Positions 45,573 to 61,147 of a stretch of 64,000 nt of DNA are shown here, piece after piece. This DNA is from Escherichia coli. GTDB lineage: Bacteria > Pseudomonadota > Gammaproteobacteria > Enterobacterales > Enterobacteriaceae. A program made the position numbers and the translations under genes. Each line of letters starts with the position of its first letter. The first letter of the stretch is position 1. Location of the stretch: the NCBI RefSeq assembly GCF_029227855.1, contig NZ_CP074356.1; one strand, written 5' to 3'. The notes beneath the pieces are model-generated. The model saw only the letters and a list, made by a program, of their open reading frames with translations. It was not told the DNA's origin and ran no database searches.

Positions 45573-47008
45573 TTTGCCTCCGATGCCAGTTCGTCAAAGA
45601 CGTCTTTGCCGAGAGAGCATTCCGGGCACAGGAAGTTATCCGGGACTTCACTCCACGGCGTTCCTGGCGCAACGTCCTGCATTGGCTCGCCTTTTGCCGG
45701 ATCGTAAATCCACTGGCAGACGCTGCACTGCATCCGTGGGCCGAGGTCAGCCGTCGTGGTGGCAGAGGTTTCTTCTTTAACCACCGTATTCACCGTGCTC
45801 TGCGGCAGCGGCGCGAGCGCCCACTGACGGGCGATTTCGCGACCGTGTTCACGACATAGCTCCAGAGCGTCCTGGTCCGGTCGCCATTTGGCTTTCAGGC
45901 TAAGCGACATTTCGAAACCTGCATCCTGCAGGCGTGTGGAAAGACGATCCACCGCACCGCCGCTCCAGCCGTGAGATCCGAAAGCACTGGCGCGTTTGTT
46001 ACGGAAGCGTAAACCAGTCATCTCCTCCACCAGCCCGGCGATTTTCGGCATCATCACGTTATTCATCGTCGAAGTGCCGACCAGCACGCCTTTTGAGCGG
46101 AATACATTGGTCAGGATTTCGTTTTTATCGCTTCGGGCGACGTTGAAAATTTTCACCGCCACGCGTGGGTCGGTTTCCGCAATCCCCTGGGCAATAGCGT
46201 CAGCCATCATGCGGGTGTTATTCGACATGGTGTCGTAGAAAATGGTGATTCTGTCTTCCTGATAATCCGCCGCCCATTTCAGGTACAGCTCGACAATTTG
46301 CGTCGGGTTATCGCGCCATACCACGCCGTGAGAGGTCGCTATCATATCGACTGGTAAGTTAAAGCCCAGGATCTCGGTAATTTTCGGCGTTACCAGGCGG
46401 CTGAACGGCGTCAGGATATTGGCGTAGTAACGCTGGCACTGCTCGAAAAGCTCCGTCTGATCCACTTCATCGTTGAACAGATGCTCGTCGCAGTAGTGCT
46501 GACCGAAAGCATCGTTACTGAATAGCACCGCGTCGCCTGTCAGGTAAGTCATCATGCTGTCCGGCCAGTGCAGCATTGGCGTTTCGACAAAAATGAGCTG
46601 TTTGCCGTTGCCGATATCCAGCGTGTCGCCAGTTTTCACCACATTAAAATTCCACTCCGGATGATGGTGATGACCATTTATCGAGTCGATAGCGTTGGCA
46701 GTACAGTAAATCGGCGTATCGGGAATTTGCGCCATCAGTTCGGTCAGCGCCCCGGCGTGGTCCTCTTCTGCATGGTTAATCACGATGTAATCGATATCCG
46801 CCAGATCGATTTCATTACGCAGGTTCTGCACAAATTCGCGGCTGAATTTATGGTCAACGGTGTCGATCAGCACGTTTTTTTCTTCGCGGATGAGGTAGCT
46901 GTTGTAGCTGCTGCCGCGCAGCGTTTTATATTCTGTGCCGTGAAAATCACGCACTTCCCAGTCACGTTGACCAACCCAATGAATGTTATTTTTCACCACA
47001 ATAGACAT
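45569..47008 (-). CDS. norV: Anaerobic nitric oxide reductase flavorubredoxin
   Basis: Track ORF 479 aa; metallo-beta-lactamase-like, flavodoxin and C-terminal rubredoxin (CxxC...CPxC) domains. Confidence 0.93.
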   Translation of the reverse strand: MSIVVKNNIHWVGQRDWEVRDFHGTEYKTLRGSSYNSYLIREEKNVLIDTVDHKFSREFVQNLRNEIDLADIDYIVINHAEEDHAGALTELMAQIPDTPIYCTANAIDSINGHHHHPEWNFNVVKTGDTLDIGNGKQLIFVETPMLHWPDSMMTYLTGDAVLFSNDAFGQHYCDEHLFNDEVDQTELFEQCQRYYANILTPFSRLVTPKITEILGFNLPVDMIATSHGVVWRDNPTQIVELYLKWAADYQEDRITIFYDTMSNNTRMMADAIAQGIAETDPRVAVKIFNVARSDKNEILTNVFRSKGVLVGTSTMNNVMMPKIAGLVEEMTGLRFRNKRASAFGSHGWSGGAVDRLSTRLQDAGFEMSLSLKAKWRPDQDALELCREHGREIARQWALAPLPQSTVNTVVKEETSATTTADLGPRMQCSVCQWIYDPAKGEPMQDVAPGTPWSEVPDNFLCPECSLGKDVFDELASEAK

Positions 47009-47054
47009 AGCAACCTCAATTTATTCAGCGTGTTCTAAAAAGATGTCTTGCTAA

Positions 47055-47072
47055 TTGCAGATTGCGTGCCAG
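47055..47072 (-). promoter_or_regulatory. Sigma-54 promoter of norVW
   Basis: Reverse complement reads cTGGCACgcaatcTGCAa, with canonical -24/-12 spacing, upstream of norV. Confidence 0.8.
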
Positions 47073-47126
47073 TTTTTTATCTAATTGATTTTTATGTATA
47101 AATTAATTCATGCTCATTAATGAGTA

Positions 47127-47182
47127 GTCAAAATGACTATCAATCAAATGGTCGATATGACAATATCTATAGTCAAATTGAC
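47127..47182. promoter_or_regulatory. Three NorR enhancer sites (GT-N7-AC)
   Basis: GTCAAAATGAC (47127..47137), GTCGATATGAC (47151..47161) and GTCAAATTGAC (47172..47182) in the norR/norV intergenic region. Confidence 0.8.
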
Positions 47183-47194
47183 AGTGAGGCAAAG

Positions 47195-48709
47195 ATGAGT
47201 TTTTCCGTTGATGTGCTGGCGAATATCGCCATCGAATTGCAGCGTGGGATTGGTCATCAGGATCGTTTTCAGCGCCTGATCACCACGCTGCGTCAGGTGC
47301 TGGAGTGCGATGCGTCTGCGTTGCTACGTTACGACTCGCGGCAGTTTATTCCGCTTGCCATCGACGGGCTGGCGAAGGATGTACTTGGTAGACGCTTTGC
47401 GCTGGAAGGTCATCCACGGCTGGAAGCGATTGCCCGCGCGGGTGATGTGGTGCGCTTTCCCGCAGACAGCGAATTGCCCGATCCCTATGACGGTTTGATT
47501 CCCGGGCAGGAGAGTCTGAAGGTTCACGCCTGCGTTGGTCTGCCATTGTTTGCCGGACAAAACCTGATCGGCGCATTGACGCTCGACGGGATGCAGCCCG
47601 ATCAGTTCGATGTTTTCAGTGACGAAGAGTTACGGCTGATTGCTGCCCTGGCGGCGGGAGCGTTAAGCAATGCGTTGCTGATTGAACAACTGGAAAGTCA
47701 GAATATGCTGCCAGGCGATGCCGCGCCGTTTGAAGCGGTGAAACAGACGCAGATGATTGGCTTGTCGCCAGGCATGACGCAATTGAAAAAAGAGATTGAG
47801 ATTGTGGCGGCGTCCGATCTCAACGTCCTGATCAGCGGTGAGACGGGAACCGGTAAGGAGCTGGTGGCGAAAGCGATTCATGAAGCCTCGCCACGGGCGG
47901 TGAATCCGCTGGTCTATCTCAACTGTGCCGCACTGCCGGAAAGTGTGGCGGAAAGTGAACTGTTCGGGCATGTGAAAGGGGCGTTTACTGGCGCTATCAG
48001 TAACCGCAGCGGGAAGTTTGAAATGGCGGATAACGGCACACTGTTTCTCGATGAGATCGGCGAGTTGTCGTTGGCATTGCAGGCCAAGTTGCTGCGAGTG
48101 TTGCAGTATGGCGATATTCAGCGTGTTGGCGATGACCGCAGTTTGCGGGTCGATGTGCGCGTGCTGGCGGCGACTAACCGCGACTTACGCGAAGAGGTAC
48201 TGGCAGGGCGATTCCGCGCCGATTTGTTTCATCGCCTGAGCGTGTTCCCACTTTCGGTGCCGCCGCTGCGTGAGCGGGGCGATGATGTCATTCTGCTGGC
48301 GGGGTATTTCTGCGAGCAGTGTCGTTTGCGGCTGGGGCTCTCCCGCGTGGTATTAAGCGCCGGAGCGCGAAATTTACTGCAACACTACAGTTTTCCGGGA
48401 AACGTGCGCGAACTGGAACATGCTATTCATCGGGCGGTAGTACTGTCGAGAGCCACCCGCAGCGGCGATGAAGTGATTCTTGAGGCGCAACATTTTGCTT
48501 TTCCTGAGGTGACGTTGCCGCCGCCAGAAGCAGCGGCGGTGCCCGTTGTTAAGCAAAATCTGCGTGAAGCGACAGAAGCGTTCCAGCGTGAAACCATTCG
48601 CCAGGCACTGGCACAAAATCATCACAACTGGGCTGCCTGCGCGCGAATGCTGGAAACTGACGTCGCCAACCTGCATCGGCTGGCGAAACGTCTGGGATTG
48701 AAGGATTAA
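47195..48709 (+). CDS. norR: Anaerobic nitric oxide reductase transcriptional regulator NorR (sigma-54 enhancer-binding protein)
   Basis: Track ORF 47120..48709; start set to the ATG encoding [18 protein letters not shown] (504 aa), downstream of the NorR sites; GAF, AAA+ ([14 protein letters not shown]) and HTH domains. Confidence 0.93.
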   Translation: MSFSVDVLANIAIELQRGIGHQDRFQRLITTLRQVLECDASALLRYDSRQFIPLAIDGLAKDVLGRRFALEGHPRLEAIARAGDVVRFPADSELPDPYDGLIPGQESLKVHACVGLPLFAGQNLIGALTLDGMQPDQFDVFSDEELRLIAALAAGALSNALLIEQLESQNMLPGDAAPFEAVKQTQMIGLSPGMTQLKKEIEIVAASDLNVLISGETGTGKELVAKAIHEASPRAVNPLVYLNCAALPESVAESELFGHVKGAFTGAISNRSGKFEMADNGTLFLDEIGELSLALQAKLLRVLQYGDIQRVGDDRSLRVDVRVLAATNRDLREEVLAGRFRADLFHRLSVFPLSVPPLRERGDDVILLAGYFCEQCRLRLGLSRVVLSAGARNLLQHYSFPGNVRELEHAIHRAVVLSRATRSGDEVILEAQHFAFPEVTLPPPEAAAVPVVKQNLREATEAFQRETIRQALAQNHHNWAACARMLETDVANLHRLAKRLGLKD

Positions 48710-49671
48710 ATAATCCCGGCCTGATAGAAATCCTGCAGGTTAATTGCGCCGGTGAGTTTGCCGTTTTCATCCACTACCGGTGCGGCGGTGATTTTGCGTT
48801 TCATCAGGATCTCTTTGGCGTCGATGGCGCGACTTTGTGCCTGTAATGTGGTGCCGCCTGTCGTCATCGCTTCATTAACTGGCGTGGTGAGTGCGCCGCC
48901 GCCAACCAGCCAGCGACGTAAATCACCGTCGGTAAAGACGCCTTGTACCTGTTGTTGAGCGTCACATACCGCCACCAGCCCCAGACCAGTGCGGCTAAGT
49001 TCCAGCATCGCGTCCATCACGCTGGCGGTTAACGCCACCTGCGGGATGGCATCGTCACGACGCATAAGATGATGCACTTTGTTCAGCAAGCGAGCGCCCA
49101 GCGCACCGGCTGGATGTGAACGGGCAAAATCTTCTTCATTAAAACCGCGCGCCTGCATGACTGCCATCGCCAGCGCGTCGCCCATCATCAGGGTATTTAC
49201 AGTGCTGGAAGTCGGCGCAAGGTGCATCGGGCAGGCTTCGCGTTCTACGGAGATATCCAGCACCGCTTTCGCCGCCAGGCCCAGCGGTGACGTCGGTTTG
49301 CCGGTCATCGCCAGCAGCGCGATAGATTTATCTTCCAGACGCGGAATAATCAGATCCAGTTCCTTCGCGCCACCGGAGTAAGAGATAAACAGCATCACAT
49401 CGCGGCTTTCGATCATCCCCAGATCGCCGTGCAATGCCTCTGCCGGATGGACAAAAAAGGCAGGAGTGCCGGTGCTGGCAAGCGTTGCGGCGATTTTCTT
49501 ACCAATGTGGCCCGATTTGCCAATTCCCGAAACCACCACTTTGCCTTCGCAGTGCAGGATGATATTGGCGGCGCGAACAAAATCATCGCCCAGACGTTCC
49601 GGTAAACGGCTTGCTTCCTGTAACTCCAGCATTAACGTCTGACGTCCCGCGTTCAGTAGTGCTTCACTCAT
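48706..49671 (-). CDS. gutQ: D-arabinose 5-phosphate isomerase (SIS plus CBS domains)
   Basis: Track ORF 321 aa; last gene of the srl/gut operon. Confidence 0.93.
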   Translation of the reverse strand: MSEALLNAGRQTLMLELQEASRLPERLGDDFVRAANIILHCEGKVVVSGIGKSGHIGKKIAATLASTGTPAFFVHPAEALHGDLGMIESRDVMLFISYSGGAKELDLIIPRLEDKSIALLAMTGKPTSPLGLAAKAVLDISVEREACPMHLAPTSSTVNTLMMGDALAMAVMQARGFNEEDFARSHPAGALGARLLNKVHHLMRRDDAIPQVALTASVMDAMLELSRTGLGLVAVCDAQQQVQGVFTDGDLRRWLVGGGALTTPVNEAMTTGGTTLQAQSRAIDAKEILMKRKITAAPVVDENGKLTGAINLQDFYQAGII

Positions 49672-50437
49672 TGCTCTCTCCGGTTATGATCACATCGATC
49701 CCTTTCTTTTCCAGCGCCTGACGAAACGCCGGATCGATACCTGCGTCGGTAATTAGCTTATCGACGCTTTCAAGACTGCAAACTACGTTGGGGCTTTTAC
49801 GGCCAAACTTTGATGAGTCTGCCATCAAAATCACTTCGCGCGCGGCATTGCACATTGCCTTACTGACGGTATAAACCTCGTTGAACGTGGTTACGCCCGC
49901 ATTGAGATCGATGCCGTCGGTGCCCATAAACAATTTATCGAAGGTGAAATGCTCGAAGGCATTCTCTGCCAGTTGCCCGTGAAATGAGGCCGATTTTTTA
50001 CGAAATGTTCCGCCTGGCATCAGGATAGTTTGTTCGTTATCCAGTTCGGATAGCGCATTGACGATATGCAGGCTGTTGGTCATCACTGTGATGTTATTAA
50101 AGCGCGAGAGCAGGGGAACCATCTGCAAAACGGTACTGCCAGCATCAAGAATGATCGAATCGCCATCATGGATAAAACTAACGGCAGCTTCTGCAATCAG
50201 CTCTTTCTTGTGGGTGTTGATGAGTGTTTTATGATCGATAGGCGGATCGGATTCCTCTTTATTCAACACCACTCCGCCATAAGTACGAATGACGGTTCCG
50301 GCATGTTCCAGAATGACCAGATCTTTGCGGATGGTTGTGCCTGTGGTGTCAAAGTATTGCGCCAATTCTTCAACCGAGCATTTACCCTGCTTTTGCAGAT
50401 ACTCCAGAATGGCGGCCTGACGCTGACGAGGTTTCAT
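49664..50437 (-). CDS. srlR: Glucitol operon repressor (DeoR family)
   Basis: Track ORF 257 aa; N-terminal DeoR-type HTH. Confidence 0.93.
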   Translation of the reverse strand: MKPRQRQAAILEYLQKQGKCSVEELAQYFDTTGTTIRKDLVILEHAGTVIRTYGGVVLNKEESDPPIDHKTLINTHKKELIAEAAVSFIHDGDSIILDAGSTVLQMVPLLSRFNNITVMTNSLHIVNALSELDNEQTILMPGGTFRKKSASFHGQLAENAFEHFTFDKLFMGTDGIDLNAGVTTFNEVYTVSKAMCNAAREVILMADSSKFGRKSPNVVCSLESVDKLITDAGIDPAFRQALEKKGIDVIITGESNE

Positions 50438-50503
50438 GGGCGTGATTACCTGATTTAGGTTTCAAAATGATAACTTCGCAAGCAAGTAACATTCACAACG
50501 AAA

Positions 50504-50863
50504 TTATCCACGTTTCAGTTTAAGCGCCAATGATAGAGCATTCTGTGATAGTGGATCATGGGGAAAGATCACATCGGGCTGTAAATCACCCGCATACATA
50601 CCGGTAATTGCGGGAATTTTTTGCGGTCGGGCGAAGACGGTCAGTCCTTTCATAAACAAGGTGCCGACGATGCGTTGCTGATCGTCCAGGGCGATGGCGA
50701 CCACGACCCGCGGTTTAAAGCGCCCGCTGGAACGGCCCACGCCAACCCGCCCTTGCTGGCATAGTGTGTAGAAGGCACGGTTAAAACGAGAAATTTGCCA
50801 ACCGCCTAAGGCCAGTTGCGCACACCAGGCGATAACGGCGACGGTGATGAGTGCGGATACCAT
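50504..50863 (-). CDS. srlM: Glucitol operon activator GutM
   Basis: Track ORF 119 aa; conserved position between srlD and srlR. Confidence 0.9.
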   Translation of the reverse strand: MVSALITVAVIAWCAQLALGGWQISRFNRAFYTLCQQGRVGVGRSSGRFKPRVVVAIALDDQQRIVGTLFMKGLTVFARPQKIPAITGMYAGDLQPDVIFPHDPLSQNALSLALKLKRG

Positions 50864-50898
50864 AACTTTTCCTTAATGTAGTGGCGGAAGTCCTGTAT

Positions 50899-50962
50899 GC
50901 CTGATGAGCGTAGCGCATCAGGCATTTTATTAGTCTCGCGGAGATCCTTAACGGATCTCCGC
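50899..50962. repeat. Two perfect hairpins (REP-like) in the srlD/gutM spacer
   Basis: gcctgatg-N9-catcaggc (50899..50923) and gcggagatcc-ttaac-ggatctccgc (50938..50962). Confidence 0.6.
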
Positions 50963-50968
50963 TGTTGA

Positions 50969-52123
<1,155 letters not shown>

Positions 52124-52133
52124 GTTTCAGCCT

Positions 52134-53671
<1,538 letters not shown>

Positions 53672-53908
53672 TTATTGTTTTATTACCAAACGGCAACCTA
53701 ATCTAATCAGATTGAAAGATTTAAAAGTGTTATTTTGATCGCAAAATGAAAGATAAATATTTTAACTTGAAAGTTTAAATAAAAGGATAGCGAGGAGAAT
53801 GAGTTGAGTTATGTAAAGTCCGTATCGGGCAGTGACTACCGCTTCCTTGTGCGGGGCGTGATGCTTTACCATACTTGCCCCTGGTTGAATCTGTTAAATG
53901 GACCCCTC

Positions 53909-54994
53909 ATGTTCAAGCGTCGTTATGTAACATTGCTTCCCCTTTTTGTATTGCTTGCCGCCTGTAGCAGCAAGCCAAAACCTACTGAGACTGAAACGAC
54001 CACCGGAACGCCGTCTGGCGGCTTCCTGCTTGAGCCGCAGCACAATGTGATGCAGATGGGCGGCGATTTCGCTAATAACCCGAATACCCAGCAGTTCATC
54101 GACAAAATGGTGAACAAACACGGTTTCGATCGTCAGCAGTTGCAGGAAATTCTCTCCCAGGCGAAACGTCTGGATTCGGTACTGCGGCTGATGGATAACC
54201 AGGCACCAACCACATCGGTGAAACCGCCATCAGGTCCGAACGGCGCATGGCTGCGTTATCGCAAAAAATTTATTACGCCGGACAACGTGCAGAACGGTGT
54301 GGTTTTCTGGAATCAGTATGAAGATGCGCTGAATCGCGCGTGGCAGGTGTATGGCGTACCGCCGGAAATTATCGTCGGGATTATCGGCGTTGAAACGCGC
54401 TGGGGGCGCGTGATGGGGAAAACTCGCATCCTCGATGCGCTGGCAACGCTGTCATTTAACTACCCACGCCGCGCGGAGTATTTCTCTGGCGAGCTGGAAA
54501 CTTTCCTGCTGATGGCGCGCGACGAGCAGGACGATCCGCTCAATCTGAAAGGTTCCTTTGCCGGGGCGATGGGCTACGGACAGTTTATGCCGTCGTCTTA
54601 CAAACAATACGCGGTAGATTTCAGCGGCGACGGGCATATCAACCTGTGGGATCCGGTTGATGCCATTGGTAGTGTGGCGAACTATTTCAAAGCGCACGGC
54701 TGGGTGAAAGGTGATCAGGTTGCGGTGATGGCAAACGGTCAGGCTCCAGGCTTGCCAAATGGCTTCAAAACCAAGTACAGCATTTCGCAGCTTGCCGCGG
54801 CAGGTTTAACGCCACAGCAGCCGCTGGGCAACCATCAACAAGCCAGCCTGCTGCGTCTGGATGTCGGTACCGGTTACCAGTACTGGTACGGTCTGCCGAA
54901 CTTCTACACCATCACCCGTTACAACCACAGTACCCATTACGCAATGGCGGTCTGGCAGTTAGGACAAGCCGTGGCGCTGGCGCGCGTGCAGTAA
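53909..54994 (+). CDS. mltB: Membrane-bound lytic murein transglycosylase B
   Basis: Track ORF 53804..54994; start set to the ATG encoding MFKRRYVTLLPLFVLLAACSS (lipoprotein signal, lipobox LAAC), 361 aa. Confidence 0.9.
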   Translation: MFKRRYVTLLPLFVLLAACSSKPKPTETETTTGTPSGGFLLEPQHNVMQMGGDFANNPNTQQFIDKMVNKHGFDRQQLQEILSQAKRLDSVLRLMDNQAPTTSVKPPSGPNGAWLRYRKKFITPDNVQNGVVFWNQYEDALNRAWQVYGVPPEIIVGIIGVETRWGRVMGKTRILDALATLSFNYPRRAEYFSGELETFLLMARDEQDDPLNLKGSFAGAMGYGQFMPSSYKQYAVDFSGDGHINLWDPVDAIGSVANYFKAHGWVKGDQVAVMANGQAPGLPNGFKTKYSISQLAAAGLTPQQPLGNHQQASLLRLDVGTGYQYWYGLPNFYTITRYNHSTHYAMAVWQLGQAVALARVQ

Positions 54995-55138
54995 CTATTT
55001 GCAAGAGGGGAGCGTGAGCTTCCCTCTGGCTAATCAGTTTTTTTCTGAATCCTCCTCGTAAAATTGCAACGCCAACACCATCTTCCTGACGAAAGTGCTA
55101 TCTTGTCCGGCATAAATTTTTGACTGACAGAGGTTGTG

Positions 55139-55636
55139 ATGACTGACAGTGAACTGATGCAGTTAAGCGAACAGGTTGGGCAGGCGCTGAAAGCCCGTGG
55201 CGCAACCGTAACAACTGCTGAGTCTTGTACCGGTGGTTGGGTAGCGAAAGTGATTACCGATATTGCCGGCAGTTCCGCCTGGTTTGAACGCGGATTTGTC
55301 ACCTACAGTAACGAAGCGAAAGCGCAAATGATCGGTGTACGCGAAGAGACGCTGGCGCAGCATGGCGCGGTGAGCGAACCTGTCGTGGTGGAAATGGCGA
55401 TAGGCGCACTGAAAGCGGCTCGTGCTGATTATGCTGTGTCTATTAGTGGTATCGCCGGGCCGGATGGCGGCAGTGAAGAGAAGCCTGTTGGCACCGTCTG
55501 GTTTGCTTTTGCCACCGCCCGCGGCGAAGGTATTACCCGGCGGGAATGCTTCAGCGGTGACCGTGATGCGGTGCGTCGTCAGGCTACTGCGTATGCATTG
55601 CAGACCTTGTGGCAACAATTTCTACAAAATACTTGA
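55139..55636 (+). CDS. pncC: NMN amidohydrolase PncC (CinA-like)
   Basis: Track ORF 55136..55636; second ATG gives MTDSELMQLSEQ (165 aa); conserved position immediately upstream of recA. Confidence 0.9.
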   Translation: MTDSELMQLSEQVGQALKARGATVTTAESCTGGWVAKVITDIAGSSAWFERGFVTYSNEAKAQMIGVREETLAQHGAVSEPVVVEMAIGALKAARADYAVSISGIAGPDGGSEEKPVGTVWFAFATARGEGITRRECFSGDRDAVRRQATAYALQTLWQQFLQNT

Positions 55637-56777
<1,141 letters not shown>

Positions 56778-56797
56778 TCGTCTTGTTTGATACACAA

Positions 56798-56827
56798 GGG
56801 TCGCATCTGCGGCCCTTTTGCTTTTTT
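56798..56827 (+). terminator. Rho-independent terminator after recA
   Basis: gggtcg-catctg-cggccc hairpin (one G-U pair) followed by TTTTGCTTTTTT. Confidence 0.7.
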
Positions 56828-56845
56828 AAGTTGTAAGGATATGCC

Positions 56846-57346
56846 ATGACAGAATCAACGTCCCGTCGCCCGGCATATGCTCGCCTGTTGGATCGTGCGG
56901 TACGCATTCTGGCGGTGCGCGATCACAGTGAGCAAGAACTGCGACGTAAACTCGCGGCACCGATTATGGGCAAAAATGGCCCGGAAGAGATTGATGCCAC
57001 GGCAGAAGATTACGAGCGCGTTATCGCCTGGTGCCATGAACATGGCTATCTCGATGACAGCCGATTTGTTGCGCGCTTTATCGCCAGCCGTAGCCGCAAA
57101 GGTTATGGACCTGCGCGTATTCGTCAGGAACTGAATCAGAAAGGTATTTCCCGCGAAGCGACAGAAAAAGCGATGCGTGAATGTGACATCGACTGGTGCG
57201 CACTGGCGCGCGATCAGGCGACGCGAAAATATGGCGAACCTTTGCCAACTGTCTTTTCAGAAAAAGTTAAGATCCAGCGTTTTCTGCTCTATCGTGGCTA
57301 TCTGATGGAAGATATCCAGGATATTTGGCGAAATTTTGCCGACTGA
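56846..57346 (+). CDS. recX: RecA regulator RecX
   Basis: Track ORF 166 aa immediately downstream of recA. Confidence 0.93.
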   Translation: MTESTSRRPAYARLLDRAVRILAVRDHSEQELRRKLAAPIMGKNGPEEIDATAEDYERVIAWCHEHGYLDDSRFVARFIASRSRKGYGPARIRQELNQKGISREATEKAMRECDIDWCALARDQATRKYGEPLPTVFSEKVKIQRFLLYRGYLMEDIQDIWRNFAD

Positions 57347-57473
57347 ACGCATACGGTATTTTACTTCCCAGTCAAGAAAACTTATCTTATTCCCACTTTT
57401 CAGTTACCAGCCCGGCGGTTAAGACACGCTGGAGCTGGTGGCGATATTTCGTTAGCTTGATTTCAGGATAATT

Positions 57474-60104
57474 ATGAGCAAGAGCACCGCTGAGATCCGT
57501 CAGGCGTTTCTCGACTTTTTCCATAGTAAGGGACATCAGGTAGTTGCCAGCAGCTCCCTGGTACCCCATAACGACCCAACTTTGTTGTTTACCAACGCCG
57601 GGATGAACCAGTTCAAGGATGTGTTCCTTGGGCTCGACAAGCGTAATTATTCCCGCGCTACCACTTCCCAACGCTGCGTGCGTGCGGGTGGTAAACACAA
57701 CGACCTGGAAAACGTCGGTTACACCGCGCGTCATCATACCTTCTTCGAAATGCTGGGCAACTTCAGCTTCGGCGACTATTTCAAACACGATGCCATTCAG
57801 TTTGCATGGGAACTGCTGACCAGTGAAAAATGGTTTGCCCTGCCGAAAGAGCGTCTGTGGGTTACCGTCTATGAAAGCGACGACGAAGCCTACGAAATCT
57901 GGGAAAAAGAAGTAGGGATCCCGCGCGAACGTATTATTCGCATCGGCGATAACAAAGGTGCGCCATACGCATCTGACAACTTCTGGCAGATGGGTGACAC
58001 TGGTCCGTGCGGCCCGTGCACCGAAATCTTCTACGATCACGGCGACCACATTTGGGGTGGCCCTCCGGGAAGTCCGGAAGAAGACGGCGATCGCTACATT
58101 GAGATCTGGAACATCGTCTTCATGCAGTTCAACCGCCAGGCAGATGGCACGATGGAACCGCTGCCGAAGCCGTCTGTAGATACCGGTATGGGTCTGGAGC
58201 GTATTGCTGCGGTGCTGCAACACGTTAACTCTAACTATGACATCGACCTGTTCCGCACGCTGATCCAGGCGGTAGCGAAAGTCACTGGCGCGACCGATCT
58301 GAGCAATAAATCGCTGCGCGTAATCGCTGACCACATTCGTTCTTGTGCGTTCCTGATCGCGGATGGCGTAATGCCGTCCAATGAAAACCGTGGTTATGTA
58401 CTGCGTCGTATCATTCGTCGCGCAGTGCGTCACGGCAATATGCTGGGCGCGAAAGAAACCTTCTTCTACAAACTGGTTGGTCCGCTGATCGACGTAATGG
58501 GCTCTGCGGGTGAAGACCTGAAACGCCAGCAGGCGCAGGTTGAGCAGGTGCTGAAGACTGAAGAAGAGCAGTTTGCCCGTACTCTGGAGCGCGGTCTGGC
58601 GCTGCTGGATGAAGAGCTGGCAAAACTTTCTGGTGATACGCTGGATGGCGAAACGGCTTTCCGTCTGTACGACACCTATGGCTTCCCGGTTGACCTGACG
58701 GCTGATGTTTGTCGTGAGCGCAACATCAAAGTTGACGAAGCTGGTTTCGAAGCAGCAATGGAAGAGCAGCGTCGTCGCGCGCGCGAAGCCAGCGGCTTTG
58801 GTGCCGATTACAACGCAATGATCCGTGTTGACAGCGCATCTGAATTTAAAGGCTATGACCATCTGGAACTGAACGGCAAAGTGACCGCGCTGTTTGTTGA
58901 TGGTAAAGCGGTTGATGCCATCAATGCAGGCCAGGAAGCTGTGGTCGTGCTGGATCAAACGCCATTCTATGCGGAATCCGGCGGTCAGGTTGGTGATAAA
59001 GGCGAACTGAAAGGCGCTAACTTCTCCTTTGCGGTGGAAGATACGCAGAAATACGGCCAGGCGATTGGTCACATCGGTAAACTTGCTGCGGGTTCTCTGA
59101 AAGTGGGCGACGCGGTGCAGGCTGATGTTGATGAGGCTCGTCGCGCCCGTATTCGTCTGAATCACTCCGCAACGCACCTGATGCACGCTGCGCTGCGCCA
59201 GGTTCTGGGTACTCATGTATCGCAGAAAGGTTCACTGGTTAACGACAAAGTGCTGCGCTTCGACTTCTCACACAACGAAGCGATGAAACCAGAAGAGATT
59301 CGTGCGGTCGAAGACCTGGTGAACGCACAGATTCGCCGTAACTTGCCGATCGAAACCAACATCATGGATCTCGAAGCGGCGAAAGCGAAAGGTGCGATGG
59401 CGCTGTTCGGCGAGAAGTATGATGAGCGCGTACGCGTGCTGAGCATGGGCGATTTCTCCACCGAGCTGTGTGGCGGTACTCACGCCAGCCGCACTGGTGA
59501 TATTGGTCTGTTCCGCATCATCTCTGAATCGGGTACTGCTGCAGGCGTTCGTCGTATCGAAGCGGTAACCGGAGAAGGCGCTATCGCCACCGTTCATGCA
59601 GACAGCGATCGCTTAAACGAAGTCGCGCATCTGCTGAAAGGCGATAGCAATAATCTGGCTGATAAAGTGCGCTCAGTACTGGAACGTACGCGTCAGCTGG
59701 AAAAAGAGTTACAACAGCTTAAAGAACAAGCTGCCGCACAGGAGAGCGCAAATCTTTCCAGTAAGGCAATTGATGTTAATGGTGTTAAGCTGTTGGTTAG
59801 CGAGCTTAGCGGTGTTGAGCCGAAAATGTTGCGTACCATGGTTGACGATTTAAAAAATCAGCTGGGGTCGACAATTATCGTGCTGGCAACGGTAGCCGAA
59901 GGTAAGGTTTCTCTGATTGCAGGCGTATCTAAGGACGTCACAGATCGTGTGAAAGCAGGGGAACTGATTGGTATGGTCGCTCAGCAGGTGGGCGGCAAGG
60001 GTGGTGGACGTCCTGACATGGCGCAAGCCGGTGGTACGGATGCTGCGGCCTTACCTGCAGCGTTAGCCAGTGTGAAAGGCTGGGTCAGCGCGAAATTGCA
60101 ATAA
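57474..60104 (+). CDS. alaS: Alanine--tRNA ligase
   Basis: Track ORF 876 aa; class II aaRS motifs; C-terminal [12 protein letters not shown]. Confidence 0.98.
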   Translation: MSKSTAEIRQAFLDFFHSKGHQVVASSSLVPHNDPTLLFTNAGMNQFKDVFLGLDKRNYSRATTSQRCVRAGGKHNDLENVGYTARHHTFFEMLGNFSFGDYFKHDAIQFAWELLTSEKWFALPKERLWVTVYESDDEAYEIWEKEVGIPRERIIRIGDNKGAPYASDNFWQMGDTGPCGPCTEIFYDHGDHIWGGPPGSPEEDGDRYIEIWNIVFMQFNRQADGTMEPLPKPSVDTGMGLERIAAVLQHVNSNYDIDLFRTLIQAVAKVTGATDLSNKSLRVIADHIRSCAFLIADGVMPSNENRGYVLRRIIRRAVRHGNMLGAKETFFYKLVGPLIDVMGSAGEDLKRQQAQVEQVLKTEEEQFARTLERGLALLDEELAKLSGDTLDGETAFRLYDTYGFPVDLTADVCRERNIKVDEAGFEAAMEEQRRRAREASGFGADYNAMIRVDSASEFKGYDHLELNGKVTALFVDGKAVDAINAGQEAVVVLDQTPFYAESGGQVGDKGELKGANFSFAVEDTQKYGQAIGHIGKLAAGSLKVGDAVQADVDEARRARIRLNHSATHLMHAALRQVLGTHVSQKGSLVNDKVLRFDFSHNEAMKPEEIRAVEDLVNAQIRRNLPIETNIMDLEAAKAKGAMALFGEKYDERVRVLSMGDFSTELCGGTHASRTGDIGLFRIISESGTAAGVRRIEAVTGEGAIATVHADSDRLNEVAHLLKGDSNNLADKVRSVLERTRQLEKELQQLKEQAAAQESANLSSKAIDVNGVKLLVSELSGVEPKMLRTMVDDLKNQLGSTIIVLATVAEGKVSLIAGVSKDVTDRVKAGELIGMVAQQVGGKGGGRPDMAQAGGTDAAALPAALASVKGWVSAKLQ

Positions 60105-60338
60105 TATAAGCGTCAGGCAATGCCGTGGACTCGCTTCACGGCATTCGCATTAACGCTATCGACAACGATAAAGTCAGGTTGAAGTTGTGTATATCGGCTA
60201 AACTTAGGTTTAACAGAATGTAATGCCATGACTGCTTACATGTAATGTGTTTGTCATTGCTTACTTTTTGGCGTTATATGATGGATAATGCCGGGATACA
60301 GAGAGACCCGACTCTTTTAATCTTTCAAGGAGCAAAGA

Positions 60339-60524
60339 ATGCTGATTCTGACTCGTCGAGTTGGTGAGACCCTCATGATTGGGGATGAGGTCACCGTGAC
60401 AGTTTTAGGGGTAAAGGGCAACCAGGTACGTATTGGCGTAAATGCCCCGAAGGAAGTTTCTGTTCACCGTGAAGAGATCTACCAGCGTATCCAGGCTGAA
60501 AAATCCCAGCAGTCCAGTTACTAA
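60339..60524 (+). CDS. csrA: Carbon storage regulator CsrA
   Basis: Track ORF 61 aa: [61 protein letters not shown]. Confidence 0.98.
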
Positions 60525-60750
60525 TCTTTCCGCGTCTCATCTTTATCGGTGAGACGCACCCCTCAAAATATCTCCTTCACTCCATTGTCTTTTCGCTTTA
60601 CTCCCGTTCATTCAACTTAAGTCTCCATTTTTTTGCATTACTGCTATCTGACAGACCTCCGTTTTTCTGTTGATAAAACACTCTTTTTGACGTTTTTACA
60701 GACTAATTGAGCGTGAAGTGTGCAAACGATAAAAGTGTGGGAAAAATTGT

Positions 60751-60778
60751 TTGACTTATAAGTCTCAGAAAGTAATAT
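60751..60778 (+). promoter_or_regulatory. Putative sigma-70 promoter of the serV-argVYZQ tRNA operon
   Basis: TTGACT (60751..60756), 16-bp spacer, TAATAT (60773..60778), then a GC-rich discriminator gcgccacgc; A/T-rich upstream. Confidence 0.55.
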
Positions 60779-60840
60779 GTGCGCCACGCAGCGACGATGA
60801 GCGATAAACAAGTTCTTCGAAGCACTCGTAAGAGGCGTGT

Positions 60841-60933
60841 GGTGAGGTGGCCGAGAGGCTGAAGGCGCTCCCCTGCTAAGGGAGTATGCGGTCAAAAGCT
60901 GCATCCGGGGTTCGAATCCCCGCCTCACCGCCA
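60841..60933 (+). tRNA. serV: tRNA-Ser (anticodon GCU)
   Basis: 93-nt type II tRNA, ggtgaggtggccgagaggc...ccgcctcaccgcca, with anticodon loop ctGCTaa and long variable arm. Confidence 0.95.
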
Positions 60934-60936
60934 TTT

Positions 60937-61013
60937 GCATCCGTAGCTCAGCTGGATAGAGTACTCGGCTACGAACCGAGCGGTCGGAGGTTCGAATCCT
61001 CCCGGATGCACCA
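60937..61013 (+). tRNA. argV: tRNA-Arg (anticodon ACG), copy 1
   Basis: 77-nt cloverleaf gcatccgtagctcagctggatagag...cctcccggatgcacca, anticodon loop ctACGaa; 3 nt after serV. Confidence 0.93.
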
Positions 61014-61128
61014 TATTCTACGTACTTTCAGCGATGAAGGTATGGAAGAGGTGGCGGTAATAACCGCAGGCACCAGGGAGGATAACGTTGCTTTAGCAAC
61101 GGCCCGAAGGGCGAGCCGCAAGGCGAGT

Positions 61129-61147
61129 AATCCTCCCGGATGCACCA
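61129..61147 (+). other. Orphan 3' fragment of a tRNA-Arg gene (T-loop/acceptor remnant) inside the 198-nt spacer
   Basis: aatcctcccggatgcacca is identical to the last 19 nt of the intact tRNA-Arg copies but has no 5' acceptor strand; the spacer after it matches the other inter-tRNA spacers. Confidence 0.7.

Noticed and set aside
48706-48709. 4-nt overlap of the convergent norR and gutQ stop codons as a possible annotation error
   Set aside because: Both reading frames are full length and end on the expected C-termini; the overlap is real
57387-59216. 609-aa ORF on the minus strand
   Set aside because: Antisense to alaS; no Shine-Dalgarno or independent support; low-complexity translation
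60644-60940. 98-aa minus-strand ORF
   Set aside because: Overlaps the serV promoter and tRNA-Ser gene on the opposite strand; spurious
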